46,518 nucleotides of DNA from contig NW_008246090.1 of assembly GCF_000281045.1 (NCBI RefSeq), positions 296,863 to 343,380 of the forward strand, written 5' to 3'. Positions 1 to 9,772 of the stretch are shown here, in pieces. A model generated the notes under the pieces. The model did no database searches. It had not been told where the DNA came from and saw only the letters and a program-made list of their open reading frames with translations. The stretch comes from Saprolegnia diclina VS20 (lineage: Eukaryota). Both the position numbers and the translations under genes were made by a program. Position 1 is the stretch's first letter. The number at the start of each line of letters is the position of its first letter.

Positions 1-1165
1 CAAAATGCGCCAAGACGAGAGCGACGCGGCGATGGCCCGTGAGGTGCACGCGCTGCGCGCCAAGATCAAGAAAGTGCGCGACGAGTTCCACCACATTTTG
101 CCGCTGCTCAAGCCGATGCTGTATGACTCCGACCTGCTCGCGACGCCAGGTCGTCAACATGCAAAATGACAGGGCGGAACGTCATGAGCGTAGAGTTGGA
201 GCTCGGGCACATTCCGTCCTTGCGCACGGCACTCTTGGAGCTCTCGCGCAACCTCAACGTCGTGCGGCAGACGCGCAAGCACATGAGCATGGACATGCGC
301 CGGACCATCGACAAGATCATCGACGTCATCAACGACGCCTACCACACCACGGCGGCGGGCCCGATCGACGACATGACCGTATCCTCCATCTTGACGTACG
401 CGGGATACGATAAGAATGGATCTAGGTCCTGGCGCGACAAGTCGACAGGGTCGCCCGCGCGCTTGCGTTTGGCATCCAGTCGACCGTTGGCGTGCTCACG
501 ACCGTCGACGCGGTCTCGACACGCGAGGTGGCGACAGCGATCGAGTCGTTCTCCGAAATCCTCACTGAGGGGCTTCACGACGGCAGCAGCGCCGAGATGC
601 TTCGGCAACACGTCTCGGCCCTTACGTCCGAGCTACACGAGGCCAAGCACGAGCTTCGCGCCGCCATCTTGTCGCTGCAACACCGCCTCGAAGTCGCTCC
701 ATTCTGTTCAACCCGAGTCCTCATCCGTCGGACGTAGGAGCCGCGGAGCAGCGAGAAGACGCTCAAGGCAGTGCACTCGCGGCACGAGATCAACGACCGC
801 GGGAAAGCTGTGCTCATGCTCGAGCACGAGGTGAGCGCGCTCCGGGCGCAAATGGACGCGCGCGACGAGACACTGCGGCGACTCATGCAGGACCTCGATG
901 GCAAGGCCGACAAGCGGCAGCTCACTCGGTGCCTTCTGCCCTCCTAGGATTTGCATCGAATGATGGCAAGAATAGACTGCTTCATCCCGAGGTAGCTGAG
1001 CTCACCAAGGTCCGCAAGCTGCCGCACGCGACCAAGCCCAAGCCAAAACCCCTCTCGACGGGCGTCCTGCGAAAAGCCCCGGCGCTCTCGGCCCTCTTTG
1101 TGGAGAACTCCAAGGCACCGGACAACGAGTCGCTCGCCCGGTCCAGTCCGGTCTCGCGCGAATAG
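1..1165 (+). CDS. 5'-truncated multi-exon hypothetical coiled-coil protein
   Basis: Helical, heptad-like frames (LRTALLELSRNLNVVRQ; VSALTSELHEAKHELRAAILSLQHRLE) are joined in frame by short GT-AG introns, e.g. 379-425. Stop at 1163-1165. No family recognised. Confidence 0.6.
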
Positions 1166-1226
1166 TTGTCGTAGACAGTAGAAATATTACAATATATATA
1201 GCGTTAATTAGAGGGGGATTTTGTGG

Positions 1227-2366
1227 TTAGGGCAACGGCTCCGAGGCGTCGCCGACGCGGCGCAGATGCAAGTAGGCGTCCGTGCCATACCCTTCCATCG
1301 AGATGATTTGGAGATCACCGCCAAAGTACCGCGTGAGAAGGCGGCTGATCGGGAGGCCGTACCCGAGACCGGCGAGGGGCGACTCGCCGCCAAAGTCCAT
1401 CGGCATCGACTCGCCGACCATCGAGTCAAAGGCTTGCGAGTTGGCGGTCGTGTACATGTAGCTCCAGATGCGCGGGAGGGCCGAGCGCGGAATACCGCCG
1501 CCTTCGTCCGAGATCTTGAGGCTCACGTCTTCGTTCTGGTCTCCGTCGGCGACAATGAGCTTGATCGCGGGCAAGGCGTTGTCGACGCCGTGGAACTCGA
1601 CGACCGCACGCATCGAGTTCTTCATGACCTCGAAGAGCATGTGGTGCAAATGACTTGGCACATACGGCATGGTGAAGTTGCAGTCACCATGCAGCTCGAC
1701 GTCCGGCGCGTCGCCATATTGTCGGATGCACATGTGTCGGGCCATGTCGACGGCCGCGAGCGCGACCTCGGCCGGCGACGTCGCTTCGCAGATGCAGCCG
1801 ACCCAGCCGTCTTCCTTCTCGTGGAGCGCAATGTGCTGGCCCATGAGCATGCGGATGCCAATGCGACTGAGGTAGAAGCCATCCAGGAACGAGTGCAAGT
1901 CGATCATGTCGGCCATGGAAATACCGAGGTCGCCCTTGGCCTCGGCGGCGCTCATGGCCTGCTTGAGCTCGTGCACGCCGCGGGCCATCGTAAAGAGCGT
2001 CGCATTGTGGCGGTCCTTGATCGACTCGATCATCGACGTGAAGCGTCGCTCGTCGGCCGCGGTCTGCACCTTTGGAAAGGCGAGGAGCTCTTCCATCGAG
2101 TGGATATACCACTCCTTGACTTGGCGCACGGACGGCATTTGGCAGAGCCCGTACGGCAGCGTGTCGAGGTCCTTGACGCGATGGGCGTACCGGATCGGCA
2201 TCTCGTGGTGGAGGAACTTGGCGCTGTGGATGAGCTTGGCCGGCGTGATGTCGGTGCCAAACTCGAGGAGCTCCTGCAGCGTCACGCCATTCTGCGGCTT
2301 GGCCGCGTACTCCATGACGCGGTGCATGGTCGACGTCTTCTTCATCGCTGTCCTTGCGTTCTGCAT
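1227..2366 (-). CDS. PDK: Mitochondrial pyruvate dehydrogenase kinase (BCKDK/PDK family), intronless
   Basis: Motifs FLHHEMPIRYAHR, FLDGFYLSRIGIRMLMGQH, N-box LFEVMKNSMRA, G1 KISDEGGGIP, G2 PLAGLGYGLPISRL and EGYGTDAYL. First in-frame ATG is at 2366. Confidence 0.95.
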   Translation of the reverse strand: MQNARTAMKKTSTMHRVMEYAAKPQNGVTLQELLEFGTDITPAKLIHSAKFLHHEMPIRYAHRVKDLDTLPYGLCQMPSVRQVKEWYIHSMEELLAFPKVQTAADERRFTSMIESIKDRHNATLFTMARGVHELKQAMSAAEAKGDLGISMADMIDLHSFLDGFYLSRIGIRMLMGQHIALHEKEDGWVGCICEATSPAEVALAAVDMARHMCIRQYGDAPDVELHGDCNFTMPYVPSHLHHMLFEVMKNSMRAVVEFHGVDNALPAIKLIVADGDQNEDVSLKISDEGGGIPRSALPRIWSYMYTTANSQAFDSMVGESMPMDFGGESPLAGLGYGLPISRLLTRYFGGDLQIISMEGYGTDAYLHLRRVGDASEPLP

Positions 2367-3933
2367 GCTTGCTTGGTGGTAGTTTTCGGAATATGCTCGC
2401 GACCCCGCGGCCCGATTGCGCAGCCCCTCTCGCTTTTCATATATCATATTTCACAGGATCTACACGGTGATTGGCTGGAGCTCGAAACCAGGTGGCCGAC
2501 AGCTGTGCGTCACAGAAATTCTTGTGGCACAGCCGCACAAAGACCCTGCGCATCATTGACATGTCGGGCTTTATACCGCCACCTGGCCCGACGGAAGACT
2601 AATTTGTTGCAATTTGTGTACAAATTTTACACCAACGGCGAGGCTAGTCGTTTTCTACTAAACTGTACACGGGATATTGGTCGCTCACTGGCTGCTGGAC
2701 GTTGCTGCTTTCGAAGAACGGTCGACAAAAGCGACTGGAGAGCCGTGCATGAACGCTACGAGGACGTATCTTTGGCTCGGATGCGTGAGGACCAAGACCG
2801 ACGTTGCTCGGTCGACATTGAAGTGCAACTTGGCGAAGCGTCTTTGTGGATGCAACGACCACTTTGACCGACTTGGGTGCCCATCACGGTCGGATTACAC
2901 GGCAGTCTTGGGTGCGGGGATCGCATGCCGCTTGAAGAAGAAGCCTTCGTGTCGCTATGCAGCGAGGACCGAGAAGCCATTCGCATCGGTAGCCAAGCCG
3001 TGCCGGCGAGGTGCGTGATACTTCATGGCGCTAACGCGAAGAGGCGCCGCGTGGTGCGCTAGAGCTGGCTAGCGGTTGCGCACACGCTGGCTTTCGAGCG
3101 AGCAGCAGCTGCGGCCGTATCGCGCACGTGTTCTAGAATTCGAAAGATCATCAACTATACCTGCAATCGCACGACTCGTTGGCCTGCGACAAGTCCAAGC
3201 GAGGGCCTTCGCCACGCTTCGCTTCGAGGTGCGTCAGTCTCAGTCTCCCCCCGCAACAATGGTTGCTCGTCCGTCACCCATGCGCCAGCCGCCTGCATCC
3301 TCGCAATGCACGCAGTTTGACCCACGGAATCAGTAGATATCCACAGCCATCGGCGAACGACCAGGACTTGATGTGCACCACGACACACGACATGCTCTGA
3401 AGTGGGACGCTTTGGCTACAGCGCATCAGCGGAAGGATGTACCGCAGTGTTCTCGTGCTCGGCGAGGCCAATTTGCTTGCCCCTTCTTCCGCTTGACCAC
3501 ATGGGCTTCCTCCATCTCCGCTGCCGCATCCAACACTGCGCCCGCAAGGCAAGATAATATCTTGCGTTGCTGAATATTGTTCAGCATAATCCGATGACGA
3601 GATGAAAACAATCTGGTCCTCATTGGTGCTGTATCTGAGGGCTTGAGAGCGCGAGATCGAAGGTTCTCGACAACCGATGCGACGTCGTCTGGTTGTTGCC
3701 GGCCGTTGGGGTACATAGCGTTAGGAATTGCATTTGGATTCGAAGGATTCGGGGGAAGTACGTGCTCCATACATCGCGATGCCAAAGCCTTTGAGATCTT
3801 AGTCGCCAGCAAGCGATCGCCTTGCTCGACCATCGCAACCCGGACGAGTGCGATCTTTGCGATCTTCGTGGCAACTTCAACTTGGGTCGTATCCGGACAT
3901 TTACCGGAAATCCTCTGCATCGTACGTTTTGCG

Positions 3934-4545
3934 ATGGTCTTCGTCACGCTCAAGTACATCATCATCGGCGACTCGGAGGTCGGGAAGAGCTCGCTGCTGC
4001 TGCAGTTCACCGAGCAGACGTTCGTGGGCACGCATGACCTCACGATCGGCGTCGAGTTTGGCGCCAAGCTCCTCGACCTCGACAGCCGCAAGGTGAAGCT
4101 CGAGATCTGGGACACGGCCGGGCAAGAGACGTTCCTCTCCATTACGCGCTCGTACTATCGCGGCGCCGACGGCGTCCTCCTCGTGTACGACATTGGCAAG
4201 CGCGATAGCTTTCTCCATCTCGGCCGGTGGCTGCAAGAGTGCCAGCAAAACTGCATGAACTCCGGCCTCGAGATCATGGTCGTCGGCATGAAGGCCGACT
4301 TGCCGCCCGAGCAGCGCCAAGTGTCATCGAACGAGGCCGCCGAGTGGGCGGCGCGCCATGGGCTGCACTTTATCGAAGCCTCGGCCAAGACGGCGCAGAA
4401 CGTCGAGAAGGTCTTTGTCGAGACCGCGACGACCATCCTGCGCAACTTTGACGCGGCGAATCCGAGCCCGGGGCCGCCCAGCGTCGCTAAGATCTCGCTC
4501 AACGACAAGGTTGCGCCCGTCAAGCCGCCGACCGAGTGCTGCTAA
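3934..4545 (+). CDS. Rab2-like small GTPase with degenerate G1/G4 motifs, intronless
   Basis: KYIIIGDSEVGKS, Rab2-type HDLTIGVEFG, WDTAGQE, SITRSYYRGA, EASAK and a C-terminal CC prenylation site. G4 reads MKAD rather than NKxD. Confidence 0.92.
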   Translation: MVFVTLKYIIIGDSEVGKSSLLLQFTEQTFVGTHDLTIGVEFGAKLLDLDSRKVKLEIWDTAGQETFLSITRSYYRGADGVLLVYDIGKRDSFLHLGRWLQECQQNCMNSGLEIMVVGMKADLPPEQRQVSSNEAAEWAARHGLHFIEASAKTAQNVEKVFVETATTILRNFDAANPSPGPPSVAKISLNDKVAPVKPPTECC

Positions 4546-4703
4546 TATCCCTCCTCGTCCTATAACAATATTAAAGATACGAGGTTGCATCGCCGAGCTT
4601 GCCACGACATATAAAAAGACAGAGGTCATTGAGTTTTATGTTCCCCCGCCACTTTGCCTCACGCTCCGTCCGCTTCCTGCGCGCTTGGATGACGACGACG
4701 ACG

Positions 4704-5510
4704 ATGGCACCCAAGGCGCTCATTCCTGTGGTATGACCGAGTCCTTTTGCTGTATCAACGCCATGCCTTTGGTGCCAGGCCAACGGCAGCGAAGAGATCG
4801 AGACCGTGTGCCTCCAAGACGTGCTGGTCCGTGGCGGCGTGCAGGTACAAGCCAAGTCCTGCGATCCGCCACAGCTCATACGCGACGGCGTAGGTCACGC
4901 TCGCGTCCGTGACCAGCGACAAGCTCGTCAAGATGTCGCGCGGACTCCAGATTCACGCCGACGCGGTCCTCGACGAGTGCGTCGAGACGGCGTACGACTT
5001 GATCGTGCTCCCTGGGGTCCTCGTCTTTTGCTGTCTTTGGGTACGAAGCGCCTGCGTTGCTAGGGCCTCCCGGGTGCCAACCATCTCCGCGACTGCCCAA
5101 CCTTGATCGAGATGCTGCGCAAGCAAAAGGAGAGCGGCAAGTACTACGGCGCGATCTGCGCGGCGCCGGCCGTGGTTCTGCACACACACAACGTACGTCC
5201 AGCAACGACGCTCACCACATAGCGTGACGCATGTACCCATGTAGCTGCTCGTGGGCCCTTCGGCGACGGCGTACCCAGCCTTTGCCGACAAGATGCCCAA
5301 CACCGTGTACGCGGCCCAGCGCGTCGTCGTGCACGGCAACTGCATCACGAGCCAAGGTCTTTCTTTGCATTCAATGTACTCTCGGATCGGCTCACGCTTG
5401 GATACGTAGGCCCTGGCACGGCGATGGAAATGGGCATCGAGCTCGTGCGCTTGCTGCAAGGCGACGAGACGGCCAAGGCGGTCGCGGCCGGCCTCTTGTT
5501 TGCGTCGTAG
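4704..5510 (+). CDS. DJ-1: DJ-1/PfpI (ThiJ/PARK7-like) glyoxalase/deglycase, 6 exons
   Basis: Spliced product has ANGSEEIETV (Glu18 equivalent), YDLIVLPGGLPGA, GAICAAPA (catalytic Cys) and SQGPGTAMEM. An alternative in-frame ATG lies at 4689. Confidence 0.9.
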
Positions 5511-5514
5511 AGCG

Positions 5515-6392
5515 TTAGTCGTATCGCTTGTGAATGCCATGCGAGGATGTGGCCACGTGCCAGAGGGTCGAGACGAGTAGCCCGAGGGTGTGGCCGTACA
5601 CACCTCCGTACACGCAGGGCAGCGGCCATTGCTAAGGCGGCCCGTGAGAGGACTGGAATGGACAAGAGACGTTCGCACCTGCCACGGTCGGTCCCAATCC
5701 AACGGAAGGAGGAGCGCTCCGATGTAGGCGCCAAAGAGCGTGCCCAGAAAGGTGCACGTCGCTTGCTGCTCATCGTGGGAGCGCCACCTACAGGCATATG
5801 CAGCGATACGGAGGCGCAGAGTCGATGGGATCATCCTACCGTTGGTGCAACACTGTCTCGACGTACGAGTCGAACGAGGCGAGGCCGACAGCGGTCGTCA
5901 AAGGCAGGACGCAGAGGAACGCAAGCAACGTAGCAAGCATGAGTGTTCGATCTATGAGGCTGGTACCGCGTTGGATATGGCCAAGAGAGCGATGTGGACG
6001 TACTCGAGGACGGGTGCCCCGAAAAAGATGAGGACCACGTGAAAGAGCGCGATGGCTGCGATCGTGATCGCAACGCTCGCGCCAGCACGGCGAAGGCTCG
6101 CCTGCGAATCAATGTGGGACAAGCGCTATGCAGTGTTTAGAGTACCTGGGGCGAGAGGAGCGGGTACAGGACATGCAGTACGAGCATGAGCATGACGACG
6201 ACGCCCGTGACGATGCCGAGGTTGGCAGGGTGACGGTCTTCTAGAGCGCCGAGGGCCCTAGCGCCAGCATGAGCCCATGCTACGGTCATCTGATAGCAGG
6301 CCGTACGTCCATGTTGGTAGTCCGAGGACAGCAAGGCAGACCGCCAGACCTTGCGCGGTGGCGGCGCCGACTACACTCGACGTCGAGACCAT
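5515..6392 (-). CDS. PIGF: GPI-anchor biosynthesis protein PIG-F/GPI11, multi-exon
   Basis: Hydrophobic segments, LIFFGAP, and the signature GAYIGALLLPLDWDRPWQ|QWPLPC spanning an intron. Confidence 0.88.
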
Positions 6393-6570
6393 TGTAGTGT
6401 GAATTTCGGAATTCAAACGTCCGAATCCTAATTTGAATCGTTGGGCAAAACCGAATTTCCTTGTTTGAAATTGGGTTTTATCCGATAAAGTACGCTGTCC
6501 AAGTCGCATTTCCGCGGGATATGGCACGGGATTGGTTGGCTTGTTTCTGCGGTCTCTCGCCTCCGCCAGC

Positions 6571-8341
6571 ATGTCGTCGTCTACCTTGGAGCTGCTCCGC
6601 GCCGGCCATGAAGACATTGAGAGCTTCGAGCGCGCGATCGTCTCGATCCTCAATGAGAAGCCTCGTAACGTACGTCCTCGCGCTCCCGGCCTCGGCCTCA
6701 TGCGATCGATATGTAGCACAAGGCGCGCGTGCTTCATGGCCACAAGGTGAGCCAGCTCTTGGACAACGTGACCGCGCGCAGCCGCGAGGTGCTCGACCTG
6801 TACGACGACAAGGAAGGAGCGTTCAAGGAAGAGATCGACACGCTGCATGGGCGCGCCAACTTTACGTCGTTTTACGACCAGCTCAAAAACATCCGCGAGT
6901 TCCACCGCAAGTACCCGACCGTCGAGGTCTCGCACGAGCCGTCGTCGCTGGATGCGGCCATGGACCCGACCGTCGAGGTGCGTCCTTCGTACGATCGTGA
7001 CGGTTGTAGCTCATTTTGTCATGCAGTTTTCCGGCGAAGAGCGCTTTGGCAAGTACCTCGACTTGCACGCGTTCCATACGCAGTTTCTCAACCTGCCGGT
7101 CTTTGCAAGGTACCTCCTATCTATATGTGTGATGACGCTCATGGACTGCGAATGCTAGTGTCAACAAGATGAAGACGGCCGACACGACCAAGGTCCAGCG
7201 CGGCCGCACGCCCGAGTACATTGACGCGCCCGTCGACTATATCTCGTACCTCGGGCGGTTTGCGCAGTTCCACAAGATCCCAGAGGCCGCGAAACTCTCG
7301 GACACGCGCTACGAAGCGTACTTGAACGACCTCCTGGCGTACTTGAAGGACTTTTACCGCCGCACGCAGCCGCTCGTCGACCTCGACGACGTCGTGCTCG
7401 ACGCTCAGACGCAGTTTGAGAAGGACTGGGCGCGGCACACCGTCCAAGGCTGGGCGACATCTCTCAATACGTCGTCGGCAACGTACTGCAAAGCCTGCAA
7501 CAAGCAGTTTGCGTCCGACGCGGTCTTCAACGGCCATCTCAAGGGCAAGAAGCACATCAAGGCAGCCGAGGTACCTCTATTTCCCTTCGTTTCACCGCCA
7601 TATGTATCGATTGTAGCAACTCAAGCAGCGCGAGGCGACGGGCGAACCCGCGAGCGACAGCCGCAAGGGCCTCGCCCACCTCGAGGCGCAGATTCGGACG
7701 CTTGTGGGGCTGCTCACGGAGGTTGTTCACGCCACGATTTCGTTCCTCGAGCTCAAGCAGACGCGGACACCGGAGGAGCTCCAGGCTGAGATCCTCGAAG
7801 AAGAGGACGATGCGCTCTCGGACGTCGAGGTCGACAACGACAAGGTCGACGACGACGACGAGCAGCCGTTCTACAACCCGCTCAACTTGCCGCTCGGCTG
7901 GGACGGCAAGCCGATTCCATACTGGCTCTACAAGCTCCACGGCCTCGGTGTCGAGTTTACGTGCGAGATCTGCGGCAACCACAGCTACTGGGGCCGGCGG
8001 GACTTTGACCGGCATTTTCAGCAGTGGCGACACGCCCACGGCATGCGCTGCCTCGGGATCCCCAACACCAAGCACTTTCACGATATCACCTCGATGGCCG
8101 ACGCCCTTGCGCGTACGAAGCGCCTCTGGCTTGTCTCGACTCACGATCTCTCTAGTGTACGAGAAGCTCAAGGAGCAGCTCGAGAAGGAGACGTGGAGCA
8201 AGGCCAACGAAGAAGAGTTTGAAGACTCGGAAGGCAACGTCCTCAACAAAAAGGTATGGAACATGCGCCGACCATCGTACGTCCAACGTGACAATACTCG
8301 GGTAGACGTACGAGGATCTGTCGCGCCAAGGCTTGTTGTGA
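6571..8341 (+). CDS. SF3A3: Splicing factor 3A subunit 3 (SF3a60/Prp9), 7 exons
   Basis: LELLRAGHEDIESFE, FSGEERFGKYLDLH, YNPLNLPLGWDGKPIPYWLYKLHGL, matrin Zn finger CEICGNHSYWGRRDFDRHFQQWRHAHGMRCLGIPNT, and C-terminal TYEDLSRQGLL. Confidence 0.97.
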
Positions 8342-8722
8342 GGATCCGCACGACCACCGAGGAGGATGCCCTAATCCACGCACTATTTTTTCTCGTGGTC
8401 GTCCGAGTTGTCTTCTTGTCACTGCCCGAGGCACATGACGTCGTGGGAGCGACGCCTTGTACTATGAGGGTCAGCACGTCGCCGTGCATGGGCCGTCGGC
8501 GCAGCTCGACGCCGACTCTGACATAGGTAGAGAGAAAGAGCTCTCGCTGTGTGCGCGTCCCTATGGTGCCATCCAAGTCGATTCTACATCGTGTCGATCG
8601 ACTACGCATGCCTGCGACGACTCTGCCCTGCAACGCTACACGCAAGAAACACACTTCGAGACTGGCGAAATGCCAAGAGCATGAATTAACGAGTTACGTG
8701 TGGTGCCCTTGGGGTTGGTTGG

Positions 8723-9148
8723 CTAACAAGCAGCGTGGAGCTTGAGCGTGAAGTAGGCGATCGCGATCGCCATGGCGGCAATGCAGCCGCCGACGAGGAC
8801 ATTAGCGGACACGCCGCTGGGCGCGACGACCGGATCGTCGCTTGCCTTGGCGACCGCCATGTCCGGAAAGAGCCACTGCAAGCCTTCCTGGAGGTGCGCT
8901 TCGTCGGCCGCCTCGCCCGACCGGTGATGCGCCATTTGCTGGTGCAGGTTCGTTTTCGAGAAGAGACCGGCGCGTAGAGCGGTCGGTGACCCCGCCGGAG
9001 CATCGTCGTTGGCAGCCGCCGGAAACAGCGACGCGATGCGCTTCTGAAGCTCCGCTCCGTCGGCCGCCACTTGCGAGCGGCGGCACGCCATGCGCTGGAG
9101 CTGGTCCTCGTCCGAGAGGGGGAACGCGCTGTGGTCACTGTCGTTCAT
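8723..9148 (-). CDS. Small hypothetical protein with a C-terminal transmembrane helix (possibly tail-anchored)
   Basis: 141-codon ORF from ATG 9148 ending in hydrophobic VLVGGCIAAMAIAIAYFTL. No family recognised. Confidence 0.55.
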   Translation of the reverse strand: MNDSDHSAFPLSDEDQLQRMACRRSQVAADGAELQKRIASLFPAAANDDAPAGSPTALRAGLFSKTNLHQQMAHHRSGEAADEAHLQEGLQWLFPDMAVAKASDDPVVAPSGVSANVLVGGCIAAMAIAIAYFTLKLHAAC

Positions 9149-9321
9149 TACGTGGTCGCAAAACTGCAAGTGAGCAGCGCTGTGGCGGACGAGCCATGAC
9201 GTGGCGCGCCACTTGCGATTTTTCGAACCGGCAATTGTCCAATCAAAGGCGGCGGCTTGTCTTGGATCTCGGCCGAAGAAAAAAGTCGTTGCGTATCGAG
9301 TTTGAGAGGTTCTCCACTTCA

Positions 9322-9707
9322 ATGACGTACACTCTGTCCCGCCACTCGGCGCACGACGTCTTCCTCAGCGCAGCGCTTTGGACGAGAGAGGTGCATAGCC
9401 AAACGCTGCAGCTCGCTGCCTCTAGCTATTGACGCTCAACGCGTTCGACCTCAATCCAGTCGCAGCAACCGTCCTTGTGCTTGTTCCGACAAGCGAGTAT
9501 CTCGCCGCGATCTTGCCCTTGCCTGGCGTGATGCCAAAGGCTGCACGTGATTTCGACGCGACGTCGCCTGTCGCCACTGCATGGAGTGGAATGGCGGCAA
9601 GTATAAATTGTTGGAGACCAGAGGAAATCGAGCACGGACCTTGCGTGGCAATGACCAAGGCCCAAGCTAAGCTTGGCTTTGCGACCAAGCTGCCCAAGGG
9701 CGACTAG
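9322..9707 (+). CDS. Possible small two-exon hypothetical protein
   Basis: ATG 9322 and a putative intron at about 9391-9425 lead in frame into ORF 9429-9707. No homology recognised. Confidence 0.25.
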
Positions 9708-9772
9708 CTCGTTGAGGACACCGAGCACCACCGTCCGTGACTCACGGGTTTCTCGTCATCTTCTTGGTTTTC

